NCBI GenBank assembly: GCA_003558985.1
Contig: PWNJ01000139.1
Span: 1,244-65,243 of the forward strand
DNA: 64,000 bases
Direction: 5' to 3'
Source: a candidate division CSSED10-310 bacterium
Lineage (GTDB): Bacteria > CSSED10-310
Part shown: one piece after another, positions 17,306 through 26,660 of the stretch
Position numbering within the stretch: the first letter of the stretch is position 1
How the letters are laid out: every line of letters begins with the position of its first letter
Translations under genes and position numbers: made by a program
The notes under the pieces: model-generated
Told to the model about the DNA's origin: nothing
Databases searched by the model: none
The model's input: only the letters and a program-made list of their open reading frames with translations

Positions 17306-19207
17306 TTAATCCTCAATTCTTTTTTCAGCTTCTACTGCATTCTCCCACAATTCCATTGTCCTGGTAATATCATTCTGAAGCGCTGTTTCCTTTTGGACCA
17401 ACTCATTCAAATCTGCCCATAAATGTGAAATTTCAGGATTATTCATTTCAGCACGCACATCCACAAGCTCCGTTTCAAGTCGATTGATTTCATTCTCATA
17501 ATAGGCCGCAGATTTACCCGTCTGCTTCCGTACTCGAAGCCGCTCAATACGCTTTGCTTTCCTGCTTTTCTTCTGCGAAAGGTCATCGCACACAGAAGTA
17601 TTTGATTGTGACTCTAAACTGCTTAAAAAATCTTTGTAGTCTGTATAGCTACCCAGATATTCATTAAAGTTCATGTCATGCAAACACCAAATTTTGTCAA
17701 CAATTCTATCCAGAAGATATCTGTCATGTGTTACAAGTAAAATTGTACCTGAAAACGATTTCAACACGGATTCAAGAGACTCCCTGGCATGAACATCCAA
17801 ATGATTGGTTGGTTCATCCAGCAACAGCAGATTGGCCTCCTTTAAAAACAGCTTTGCCAAAGCTACCCGTGCTTTTTCGCCACCACTCAAAGTCCTGACC
17901 TGTTTGTAAACGTCTTCATCCGAAAAACGAAATGCACCCAGATGATTATGCATTTGCTCCAGGGTATACTCCCGACGCTCGTTCCATACCTCTTCCAAAA
18001 CTGGTAGATGCTGATTCAAATCATTAAGATGCTGGTCATAAACCGCTTTTGTTACATTGTGTCCCCATTTTATCGTTCCCATATCCGGCTGTAACTGTTG
18101 GCTCAGCAATCTGATCAGAGTGGATTTTCCTGACCCGTTAGGACCAATAACTCCAACTTTTTCTCCTCGATGGAGTTTCAGGTTTACATTTTCAAACAAT
18201 TTTTTCTCATTGAATGACATGGCAAGCTTCTCTGTTTCAAATACTATCAAGCCGCTGATTTTATCTGCATTCAGCTTCAATTTCATTGGTTTTCCAGGTT
18301 GCTGAACACTGTCAATCCTTTGAATTCGGTCAAGCTCTTTCTGACGGCTTTGAGCTTGTTTTGTTTTCTGAGCCGCCATATTTTTTCGAATATATTCTTC
18401 CAGTCTTAAAATGCGTTTCTGCTGTATTTTGTAATGTTTTTGCAATATGGCTTCCTGTTGTTCTTTCTTTTCTTTAAAAACAGTGTAATTCCCGTGATAA
18501 AAAGTACACTTTTCGGCTGCCAACTCAACAATGCTTCCAGCCACCCTATCAAGAAAATATCTGTCATGCGCAATAAAAATAACGCCACCTTTGAACGTTT
18601 CAAGATAGTTTTCCAGGAACTCAACAGCCTGAATATCAAGATGGTTTGTCGGTTCATCCAACAGCAGGAGATCCGGTTTTTCCAGAAGCAATGCCGCAAG
18701 CATTATTCTGGCCTGTTCACCACCAGAGAAAGTATTCATCAACCGATTTGGATCTTGTTTTGCTAACCCCAGCCCCTGTACAACCTCCTCTATCTGGCTG
18801 CGAAATGTATATCCTCCAGCCTGGCGAAATGTTTCCAACAAATTGTCATAGCGCGTAAATATAACATCGTCCGGATTGCTGGCCATTTCAAAGCTGACTT
18901 TTTCAAGTTGTTTTTCCAGATCAATAAGAGATTTAAATGGTTTCAGAAGAACTTGCTCCATCGTTTCACTATTGTCCAGATCCTGAGTCTGTCTTAGAAA
19001 ACCCATCCGCAAATCTCTGGATAGCAGAACGTCGCCACCATCCGGTTGTATTTCCTTGTACAACAACTTAAGTAATGTTGTTTTCCCGGAACCGTTAGCT
19101 CCAATTAATCCGATGCGACAATCGTCACTTAACTGCAAGGAAAAATTCTTAACAACAGGTTTGTTATGATATCCAAAACTGACATTTGCATACTGTGCTA
19201 AAATCAT
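17306..19207 (-). CDS. ABC-F family ATPase (Uup/EttA-type, two ABC cassettes plus a C-terminal coiled coil)
   Basis: Cassette 1 has GANGSGKTT, LSGGEQARIMLA and LLLLDEPTNHLD. Cassette 2 has GPNGSGKST, LSGGEKARVALA and LLLLDEPTNHLD. There are no TM segments, and there is a charged inter-domain linker. Confidence 0.92.
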   Translation of the reverse strand: MILAQYANVSFGYHNKPVVKNFSLQLSDDCRIGLIGANGSGKTTLLKLLYKEIQPDGGDVLLSRDLRMGFLRQTQDLDNSETMEQVLLKPFKSLIDLEKQLEKVSFEMASNPDDVIFTRYDNLLETFRQAGGYTFRSQIEEVVQGLGLAKQDPNRLMNTFSGGEQARIMLAALLLEKPDLLLLDEPTNHLDIQAVEFLENYLETFKGGVIFIAHDRYFLDRVAGSIVELAAEKCTFYHGNYTVFKEKKEQQEAILQKHYKIQQKRILRLEEYIRKNMAAQKTKQAQSRQKELDRIQRIDSVQQPGKPMKLKLNADKISGLIVFETEKLAMSFNEKKLFENVNLKLHRGEKVGVIGPNGSGKSTLIRLLSQQLQPDMGTIKWGHNVTKAVYDQHLNDLNQHLPVLEEVWNERREYTLEQMHNHLGAFRFSDEDVYKQVRTLSGGEKARVALAKLFLKEANLLLLDEPTNHLDVHARESLESVLKSFSGTILLVTHDRYLLDRIVDKIWCLHDMNFNEYLGSYTDYKDFLSSLESQSNTSVCDDLSQKKSRKAKRIERLRVRKQTGKSAAYYENEINRLETELVDVRAEMNNPEISHLWADLNELVQKETALQNDITRTMELWENAVEAEKRIED

Positions 19208-19279
19208 TTATAAAGAGCCCCATTCGGTCAAAAATGACAGTTTAGTGTATGGAATGGATTCTGTTTTGTAAACCTGAAC

Positions 19280-19308
19280 TTGACACGGGTAAAATCTAAA
19301 ACTAGAAT
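19280..19308 (+). promoter_or_regulatory. Sigma70-type promoter for the rpmH operon: TTGACA, 17 nt, TAGAAT
   Basis: A perfect -35 hexamer (19280-19285) and a 5/6 -10 (19303-19308) with a 17-nt spacer, about 95 nt upstream of the rpmH start. Confidence 0.6.
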
Positions 19309-19401
19309 GCGTTTTCTGATGAGCGAGCCGCAGTGAAATGACATATATCTACTTTTGAGAATAAAAAAATTAAATGATTAATTGAAACAAAGGAGGCTAT
19401 T

Positions 19402-19536
19402 TTGAAACGCACATATCAGCCAAGCAGAATAAAAAGAAAAAGGACCCATGGATTCAGAAGTCGTATGAGTACCCGCAATGGCCGGAAAGTTATAAACCGG
19501 CGCCGTGCCAAAGGTCGAAAACGATTGACTGTCTGA
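19402..19536 (+). CDS. rpmH: 50S ribosomal protein L34
   Basis: It is not in the ORF track (44 aa). A TTG start lies 5 nt after AGGAGG. My hand translation is [44 protein letters not shown], the unmistakable L34 sequence. It sits immediately upstream of rnpA, as in most bacteria. Confidence 0.95.
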   Translation: MKRTYQPSRIKRKRTHGFRSRMSTRNGRKVINRRRAKGRKRLTV

Positions 19537-19542
19537 CAGGTT

Positions 19543-19914
19543 TTGCTGCTGAAACATTCATATTTAAAACGCATCAAATCTTCACGCGATTTCCAGAATG
19601 TGTATAATTATGGCAAGAAATACTGTTGTCAGTATTTTTTTACCTATGTCCGGGATCACGATGAACCCTATATTCGCTATGGTGTTACGGTTACACGTCG
19701 TATTGGCAATGCCGTTGTAAGGAACCGCGCCAAACGAATTATGCGTGAAGCATTAAGACAAAGCGCTGAATATGCAGAACCCGGATTTGAAATTGTTTTG
19801 GTTGCGCGCTCCGATATTAAAAAAGTGGGTTTTTTTCCAGTGCTTCATCAGTTAAAAAAGCACTTGTTTGAAAAACATAGCATACACAGGAAAGGTAAGG
19901 TTCTGGAACGGTGA
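19543..19914 (+). CDS. rnpA: Ribonuclease P protein component
   Basis: Canonical position after rpmH. It is basic, with the RLKSSRDFQNVY-type N-terminus and the GNAVVRNRAKRIMRE (RNR) motif. TTG start. Confidence 0.9.
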   Translation: MLLKHSYLKRIKSSRDFQNVYNYGKKYCCQYFFTYVRDHDEPYIRYGVTVTRRIGNAVVRNRAKRIMREALRQSAEYAEPGFEIVLVARSDIKKVGFFPVLHQLKKHLFEKHSIHRKGKVLER

Positions 19915-20120
19915 AATGGTTGTTTATTACAGTACTTCGATTGTATAAAGTATTATTATCACCATTGCTTCCCGCGGCTTGCCGGTTTAATCCAACCTGT
20001 TCAGATTATGCGATCATAGCAATAGCACGTCATGGTTCAATCAGAGGAACTTTGCTCAGCGCTAAACGAGTTTTGCGATGTCATCCGTGGAATACGGGAG
20101 GATTTGACCCGGTTCCCTGA
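19911..20120 (+). CDS. yidD: Membrane protein insertion efficiency factor YidD
   Basis: It has the CRFNPTCSDYA motif and is 69 aa long. The GTG start overlaps the rnpA stop. Confidence 0.9.
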   Translation: MKWLFITVLRLYKVLLSPLLPAACRFNPTCSDYAIIAIARHGSIRGTLLSAKRVLRCHPWNTGGFDPVP

Positions 20121-20143
20121 TTAAGATAAGGATTATTTATATT

Positions 20144-21853
20144 ATGGAAAAGCGTTTTTTTCTGGCAATGATTTTATCAATAATGGTTTTTCTGGTCTGG
20201 AGCCACTTTTTCGCTCCACCGCCACCCGAGATTGCACCTCCTGCACCTGCAGTTACTGATGATACACCATCAACAGATACCTCAATGTCGGTTGAACCTC
20301 ACGATATCATTGACCGCACACAAGATTTACCTCAAATACCCGATGATGACTTTCTTCACGAAACCATTCCTGCGCCAGAACGCCGTCAAATACAAATCGA
20401 AACATCACTGGTAATTGCTGAATTGGATACACTGGGAGGAAGAATTACCAGTTGGAAATTGAAAGATTATGACGGGATCGAGAATGATCCAATTGACTTG
20501 ATTTCACCTATGGATCCACTCCATTATCCCGGCGATCTTACCGTTAATGGCCTTGATATTTTTAATAGTACAGTGTTTTCGACCACTTTTAACATGGATC
20601 ATATCGTGTTGGATGAAACTCAGCAGGAAGTGACAATTTCTATGTCAACACTTTTGCGAACTGGTGAGTTTCTAACCAAGGATTTTACATTTCACCATGA
20701 TAAATTCATGGTGAATATGGATGTAACTCTGGCCAATAAAAGCTCTGGAAACATGGGATCATCATTTGAGTTCCTTTTACCGGACAAACTGGTTGAGCCT
20801 TTGAACAGCGGCGCTACAAACAGATATTTTCGAAGTGGACCTGTTTTATGGGATGGACAATCCCGTGACCGGCCCAGAATTGACAAAATTCAGGCCCGGA
20901 CAACATTTCCGGGAATCCGCTGGACGGCGTTCCAGGAAAACTACTTTTTTGCGGCTGTCGCTACAACTTCACAATTGGCTACCGGTTTTGTGAAACCGGG
21001 TCGCACAATCCCGGAAACAGGAAAAACTGAAACCGTTGTGTCTGGAATAGCTCTGGAATCACGGTCAATAGCACCCGGCGATGCTGTAATGCAGAAAACG
21101 TATTTGCTGTTGGGACCTAAAAAATACGACAATCTAAGAGATTTGGGAATTGGCATAGAAAACATTGTGGATTTTGGATGGATAACCTTCCTGGGCAAAT
21201 TTTTCTATTATGTTTTAACGTCATCGGTGGTTTATCTGGGAAATTTCGGCTTGGGAATAATTCTGATTACGGTCGCCATAAAACTTATACTGTTCCCCAT
21301 TTCGCACAAGCAAATGCAGTCCATGAAAAAAATGCAGGTAATTCAACCCCAAATGAAAGCGTTACAGGAAAAATATCGAAAAGAACCTCAAAAACAACAG
21401 CAGGAACTTGCAAAACTATACAAAAAACATGGCGTCAATCCTATGGGAGGTTGTCTGCCATTACTCATTCAATTTCCGATTTTTATCGCACTTTATCAGG
21501 TTTTGATGAATGCTATTGAAATGAGGGGCGCATCATTTCTGTGGGTAAATGATTTGTCACAACCAAATGTCGCAATGGTTTTAATAATGGGAGTCAGCAT
21601 GTTTGTGCAGCAAAAAATGACACCTGTTTCAGGAGACCCTCGACAGGCAAAAATTATGATGATGCTTCCAATTGTTTTTACTGCCATGTTCTGGAATTTC
21701 CCGGCAGGACTGGTGCTGTATTGGTTGACAAACAATGTTCTGACAATCGGTCAACAACATATAATGAATCGGTTACAAAACCAGGATGCTGATCAGGAAC
21801 CCAAAATGAAAGCCAGGGTAAGACGAAAATTGGAAGAAAAAAACAAACAATAA
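20144..21853 (+). CDS. yidC: Membrane protein insertase YidC (long, diderm-type with a periplasmic P1 domain)
   Basis: N-terminal TM, a ~330-aa periplasmic domain, and the conserved C-terminal core (ILFPISHKQMQSMKKMQVIQPQMKALQEKY, GCLPLLIQFPIFIALY, PAGLVLYWLTNNVLTIGQQ). Confidence 0.95.
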   Translation: MEKRFFLAMILSIMVFLVWSHFFAPPPPEIAPPAPAVTDDTPSTDTSMSVEPHDIIDRTQDLPQIPDDDFLHETIPAPERRQIQIETSLVIAELDTLGGRITSWKLKDYDGIENDPIDLISPMDPLHYPGDLTVNGLDIFNSTVFSTTFNMDHIVLDETQQEVTISMSTLLRTGEFLTKDFTFHHDKFMVNMDVTLANKSSGNMGSSFEFLLPDKLVEPLNSGATNRYFRSGPVLWDGQSRDRPRIDKIQARTTFPGIRWTAFQENYFFAAVATTSQLATGFVKPGRTIPETGKTETVVSGIALESRSIAPGDAVMQKTYLLLGPKKYDNLRDLGIGIENIVDFGWITFLGKFFYYVLTSSVVYLGNFGLGIILITVAIKLILFPISHKQMQSMKKMQVIQPQMKALQEKYRKEPQKQQQELAKLYKKHGVNPMGGCLPLLIQFPIFIALYQVLMNAIEMRGASFLWVNDLSQPNVAMVLIMGVSMFVQQKMTPVSGDPRQAKIMMMLPIVFTAMFWNFPAGLVLYWLTNNVLTIGQQHIMNRLQNQDADQEPKMKARVRRKLEEKNKQ

Positions 21854-21886
21854 AACAAATTCATTATTTTCAGGAGTAAACCATTA

Positions 21887-22657
21887 ATGAACACAAAGTT
21901 TACCGGCAACATAGACAAAAATAACGACAGGAACGATCACGCAAAAAAAAAGAAATCATTGGACGAATACATATTTGAGAGTATTGATGATTCCGACACG
22001 TTTGACGATGATTTATACTCAGTTGAAGGTGATTTATATGAATCGTATAATGGTCAAATTCCAACAGCCAATCCCGTTACCGGGGAACCCTGTATCGAAA
22101 TACTTGTGGACCAGACCATTAACAGGGCCTTTTCAGCTTCAGAATATTTGAAAGGCATTCTTCTTAGAATGAGATTAAGTGGACGAATTGCTGTCACGGT
22201 CAGACATGGCTCTGTGCATCTTGAGATATCAGGCGCTGAACCTGGGCTGGTGATTGGACATCGCGGTCAAAATTTGGATGCATTGCAACATCTTGTAAAC
22301 AGAATGGTGAACAAGGACAGCGAAGACCTTGTGCCTGTAACCGTTGACGCAGACAATTATCGTGGGCGCCGACTTCAACAGTTGGAAAAACTGGTACGAT
22401 CTTTAAGTCGCGAGGTCATTGATACAGGAAAAACTATCATAACGGATCCGATGACTCCCAGTGAACGACGTTTGTTTCATATGTCAGCCAACAAAGTTCG
22501 CGGAATACGCACAACCAGTTTTGGGAACGGTTTTTTTCAACCAGTAAAAATATATCCAGCACATTTAAGCGGACATTCTTTTTATATGAGTAGCAAGGAT
22601 TCCAGCCCTGACAATTTCAGTGGAAGTGTTCACGAATACGGTGATACCGGCAAGTAG
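21887..22657 (+). CDS. jag: Jag/SpoIIIJ-associated RNA-binding protein (KH plus R3H domains)
   Basis: Synteny after yidC. It has KH-like GHRGQNLDALQHL and an R3H region MTPSERRLFHMSANKVRGIRTTSFG. Confidence 0.8.
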   Translation: MNTKFTGNIDKNNDRNDHAKKKKSLDEYIFESIDDSDTFDDDLYSVEGDLYESYNGQIPTANPVTGEPCIEILVDQTINRAFSASEYLKGILLRMRLSGRIAVTVRHGSVHLEISGAEPGLVIGHRGQNLDALQHLVNRMVNKDSEDLVPVTVDADNYRGRRLQQLEKLVRSLSREVIDTGKTIITDPMTPSERRLFHMSANKVRGIRTTSFGNGFFQPVKIYPAHLSGHSFYMSSKDSSPDNFSGSVHEYGDTGK

Positions 22658-22694
22658 TTCCAAAACGTCATCAGAGTGTTGGACTGGAATTATT

Positions 22695-24074
22695 ATGAAA
22701 GATACAATCGCAGCAATTGCAACACCTGAAGGTTTCGGAGCAATATCTGTAATTCGTCTTTCCGGGAATCAGGTATCAGTAACTGCTCAAAAAATAATCC
22801 GTCCCCTTTACAAGCCGTTTTCCAAAATTAAATCACACCAGGCAACAGTAGCTAATATTGTGCATCCGGTTACCGGAGATGTACTGGATGAAACACTCGT
22901 TACTTTTTTTAAAAAACCGCACTCATTTACCGGTGAAGATGTTCTTGAAATTAGTTGTCATGGAAATCCATTCATTACAAGAGCAATACTTGAGGCCATA
23001 CTTGTGACCAACGTCAGACTTGCGGAACCCGGCGAGTTTACACGCAGAGCTTTTGAGAATCAGCGTATTGATTTGAGTAAAGCAGAAGCCGTTGCCATGA
23101 TGACAACAAGCGAATCTGAAATTGCCAGAAAGGCCGCTCTACAGATTTTATGTGGTGGACTCTCTGAACCGGTTCAAAAAATCCGTGGTTATATTACCGA
23201 AATTCGATCGGCATTTGAGCTGGATCTTGATTTTCCAGAGGAAGATGACCATGTTCCTGGATATATAATTACTGAGCATTTCCATAATGCTGCAGATGCT
23301 CTGGAAAATCTGGTTAATTCCGGTCATTTGAGCGATCAATATCGAGTAAAAAACAATGTCATTATTGCCGGAAATGTTAACGCCGGAAAATCAACTCTTT
23401 TCAATCAGCTTACAGGACGCAATCGGGCCATCGTATCAGACGAACCAGGAACCACTCGAGATATTCTGGAAATCACCGCTGAATGGCATGGGTGCACTTT
23501 AAGTCTGGTTGACACTGCAGGAATCAGAGATTCCCAATCAAATGCAGAAACCGAAGCTGTTCGCAGAACAAGTGCGGCTTTGCAACAGGCAACTCTTATC
23601 ATCTATGTTGTTGATGGTTCAAAACCGCAAACAAGTCATGTAAAAAACATCACAATGCATTCATCTGATACACCAATACTGGTGTTTTGGAATAAAACTG
23701 ATCTGAAAAAACCGGACAAATCTGATGTTGACAAAATAAATGATTACAAAAATGTCGCCGGATTGATTCTGGGAAGCGCCAAAGAAGGTACCGGAATCAA
23801 AATTCTCAGACAAGAAATTTCTTCACTCGTTCAAAAAATCAGTAACAAGGGATCTGAATCAATGATAATGGTTTCAACCAGACAAAAGTCTGCCCTTGAT
23901 AAAGCATATGAATTAATCCGGGAAGCTAAACAACTATATCAAATTAACACCGGTACCGAATGTATCGTCCCACTACTTAAAGAAGTTGATTATCTATTGG
24001 GTTTAATTCTTGGGGATACCGTATCGCCCGATGTTTTATCCAATATCTTTTCAAACTTCTGTATCGGAAAATAA
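22695..24074 (+). CDS. mnmE: tRNA modification GTPase MnmE
   Basis: I trimmed the start to ATG 22695 (MKDTIAAIATPEGFGAISVIRLSG). G1 is GNVNAGKSTLFN, with DTAG and NKTD. The C-terminal tetrapeptide is CIGK. Confidence 0.95.
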   Translation: MKDTIAAIATPEGFGAISVIRLSGNQVSVTAQKIIRPLYKPFSKIKSHQATVANIVHPVTGDVLDETLVTFFKKPHSFTGEDVLEISCHGNPFITRAILEAILVTNVRLAEPGEFTRRAFENQRIDLSKAEAVAMMTTSESEIARKAALQILCGGLSEPVQKIRGYITEIRSAFELDLDFPEEDDHVPGYIITEHFHNAADALENLVNSGHLSDQYRVKNNVIIAGNVNAGKSTLFNQLTGRNRAIVSDEPGTTRDILEITAEWHGCTLSLVDTAGIRDSQSNAETEAVRRTSAALQQATLIIYVVDGSKPQTSHVKNITMHSSDTPILVFWNKTDLKKPDKSDVDKINDYKNVAGLILGSAKEGTGIKILRQEISSLVQKISNKGSESMIMVSTRQKSALDKAYELIREAKQLYQINTGTECIVPLLKEVDYLLGLILGDTVSPDVLSNIFSNFCIGK

Positions 24075-24108
24075 CTCAGATAGTTAAAACCGGATCAAAA
24101 CAAATCAA

Positions 24109-24648
24109 TCATAAACCAAGTTCATCAGACACTGACTGCATTGCAATCAATCCATGTTCCATCAATTCTTCCAGCTCAATACCGACCTGATTGCATGATT
24201 TCATTGCATCCCTGTCTGCACCCGCAGCAAACCTTTTTTCCTTAAAACGTTTTTTTACCGTTTTTACAGTAACATTTGACAGTTTCCTGCCTTTAACCAA
24301 TGCACATGCCGTAATTAAGCCGGAGAGTTGATCAGCAGCAATCAAAAGGGTATCCAGAGGCGTACGGCACTCTGAATGTCCAGCATGAGCGAGAACTGCA
24401 TGAACCAGTTCATCCGGCATTCCAGACCGCTCCAACCATTCTGCCCCTATTCGACCATGTTGGTCCGGATCATCCGTTGTTCCAAGGTCAATGTCATGCA
24501 AAATGCCAGTTAACTCCCACATCTTCAAGTCTGCGTTAAAATGGCAAGCCAGCCGCTTCATGATGGCGCCAACAGCAATCATATGTCTTACAAGATTCTG
24601 ATCTGATACTTTCTGTTTTATCATTTCAATTGCTTCATTTCTTTCCAT
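24109..24648 (-). CDS. HD-domain phosphohydrolase (HDIG-like)
   Basis: I trimmed the start to ATG 24648 (MERNEAIEMIK...), 1 nt after the upstream stop. Motifs are RHMIAVGAIM, GILHDIDL and HAVLAHAGH. Confidence 0.75.
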   Translation of the reverse strand: MERNEAIEMIKQKVSDQNLVRHMIAVGAIMKRLACHFNADLKMWELTGILHDIDLGTTDDPDQHGRIGAEWLERSGMPDELVHAVLAHAGHSECRTPLDTLLIAADQLSGLITACALVKGRKLSNVTVKTVKKRFKEKRFAAGADRDAMKSCNQVGIELEELMEHGLIAMQSVSDELGL

Positions 24649-24649
24649 G

Positions 24650-25996
24650 TTAATACCCCGGAGGCCAAAAGCCATAAAGTGAGCCTGTTTCATAAAAATC
24701 GAAAACCTGATGTGAAGAAACCAGTTTTCCGAAGTAAAATTCACGCTGAAATGCCAATAATGACAATTTATAAACAATTCGGGCCTGCGACCCAAATCCC
24801 TCCTGATGAATTGTCAGCACGTATGTCCTGCTGCCATAACCTATGATATGGAGCACAATACTTCTGGTAGGCATATCTTCAGATAATCGATAAAAAGCTG
24901 CAGTCTGAAGAGTATGCAAAACTGATTCTATATGTTCCGGACTTGATAATTCCTCTTGAACATTCTGATTTATTTTAACCATTATTCTGTCAACTGACGA
25001 CGGCTTCATCGAAAAAAAAGAATGATAGCTAATGGAACTGACCAAAATCATCATCAGTCCTACTGCGGTCACAGCAATACAGGCGGTAACTTTTGTGCGG
25101 TTTTTGTCTTTTTCAAGAATAACTTTTACCAGATAAAATAATGCTGCAAAAGCAACAATAGCACCGGCAAAAGATAATGCGGGCTCAACAAAACTCCAGA
25201 CTGATATCAAAATGAACAACATGATTAAGCCAAATAGTGAATACATAGCTGCCATAAATCCAAATCGTTCGAAAACAGTTTTATGCGTTATCGAGGTAAC
25301 AAAGGCCGCTACTGGAAAAAACAGAAGTTTTAAAATCACATCGATCAGCGTAATGTTTTCCGGATGAAAAAAGGTAATAATTGCTGTAACCGCACCGAAT
25401 GCTACACCACTTAAAATAAGGTGAAATGGAAACTTTGCTGAGGGAAATTTGCATGGCAATTTCCACTGGTCATCCAAAGATTTGGCCACTGTTTTTCCCT
25501 TGTCATTATGTAGTGGAATACCAATGACATCACTCAAATGTGATCCTATTCTGATCGCAACATACAAAGGAAACTCCTTAAACAAACACACCCTTGTACG
25601 ATTGGTCAATACCATAATCAGATTACATGTCGAACAAGTTATAGTCAGTTCCAAACAACTGACATCCGAGAATTTTACGGGTGTTTGACAGTCCTGAAGT
25701 CCTGAAATCTGACGAGTTGCCATATCGAACGAAATTTCATTCGCTTTATTTCGAAGCGATAACGGCCAATACAAAAGCGCTAAACCAGCCAGAAGAAGCA
25801 ATAGAAAAAAAGATTTACCTTCGGTTTGCGGCGCCCAAAGGAGTGATGTGCTATACACAATAAGAAAAGCGCCCAGAATTGCAGATAGTACCTGATACCA
25901 AAGCATACCTTTACGTGATGTAAAGATAATTCCTGATTTACTGAACTGGTTTACCGTGACCAATGTATTGCGAATTGTTTCAGACATTTTGAACAT
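24650..25996 (-). CDS. Polytopic membrane protein of unknown function
   Basis: 448-aa ORF with about 8 hydrophobic helices and a ~110-aa soluble C-terminus. It overlaps the rsmG end by 17 nt. No motif was recognised. Confidence 0.6.
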   Translation of the reverse strand: MFKMSETIRNTLVTVNQFSKSGIIFTSRKGMLWYQVLSAILGAFLIVYSTSLLWAPQTEGKSFFLLLLLAGLALLYWPLSLRNKANEISFDMATRQISGLQDCQTPVKFSDVSCLELTITCSTCNLIMVLTNRTRVCLFKEFPLYVAIRIGSHLSDVIGIPLHNDKGKTVAKSLDDQWKLPCKFPSAKFPFHLILSGVAFGAVTAIITFFHPENITLIDVILKLLFFPVAAFVTSITHKTVFERFGFMAAMYSLFGLIMLFILISVWSFVEPALSFAGAIVAFAALFYLVKVILEKDKNRTKVTACIAVTAVGLMMILVSSISYHSFFSMKPSSVDRIMVKINQNVQEELSSPEHIESVLHTLQTAAFYRLSEDMPTRSIVLHIIGYGSRTYVLTIHQEGFGSQARIVYKLSLLAFQREFYFGKLVSSHQVFDFYETGSLYGFWPPGY

Positions 25997-26660
25997 CTTT
26001 CAAAGTCAATACAGCATAGTGCATACACCGCGTGGAAACCGGAAGCGATATTGTATGAACAAAACCCGTCCACAAACGGCTTTCATTCTGTTCTATATTA
26101 TACCTGGTTTTTGTTTCTGATTCACCTCTGGGGGAAATCAAAACAGCGCCATTTGCTGCAAAAGGATCTGCATAAGCAATCAAAGTCTGTATATCAGCCA
26201 ATGCACGCGAAAAAAATACGCTGATTTTTTGTTCCAACTCAGGGCATTGTAACACCAGGTTTTCCAGTCTCTGATTTACAACAAAAGCTTGTTCCAGATG
26301 CAATCTTGTTTTGACGTTAGTCAGGAAATCGGTCCGCTTTTGTCTGGAATCAACCAGATAAATGATTTGTTCAGGTAACAAACACGCAAGAATCATACCA
26401 GGAATACCGGCGCCGGTACCCATATCCATCCATCTATCATGGCCATCAGCATTGCCGACTTTCGTTCTGGCAACTCCAGCCAACAAAGCTGATTCAACTA
26501 CTATTTTTTCTATCCAACAATCCTGCGGAATTCCTGTCAGGTTATATCGCAAATTCCATTTCTTCAGTTCATCCAGATAACCCTCAATGTTTTTCAAAGC
26601 ATACCGGTTTGCCCATGGACAATATAGTTTGACAAATGTCTTTAACGAAAAATTTTTCAC
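25980..26660 (-). CDS. rsmG: 16S rRNA (guanine527-N7)-methyltransferase RsmG (GidB)
   Basis: SAM motif MDMGTGAGIPGMILA. Synteny directly after mnmG, with a 4-nt overlap. Confidence 0.88.
   Translation of the reverse strand: MKNFSLKTFVKLYCPWANRYALKNIEGYLDELKKWNLRYNLTGIPQDCWIEKIVVESALLAGVARTKVGNADGHDRWMDMGTGAGIPGMILACLLPEQIIYLVDSRQKRTDFLTNVKTRLHLEQAFVVNQRLENLVLQCPELEQKISVFFSRALADIQTLIAYADPFAANGAVLISPRGESETKTRYNIEQNESRLWTGFVHTISLPVSTRCMHYAVLTLKDVQNV

Noticed and set aside
19208-19401. Possible oriC / DnaA-box region. rpmH-rnpA-yidC-jag-mnmE and mnmG-rsmG are classic origin-proximal genes.
   Set aside because: No dnaA gene is in the window. The 194-nt spacer upstream of rpmH contains no TTATCCACA-like boxes or AT-rich 13-mer repeats that I could see. 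The upstream neighbour is an ABC-F gene.
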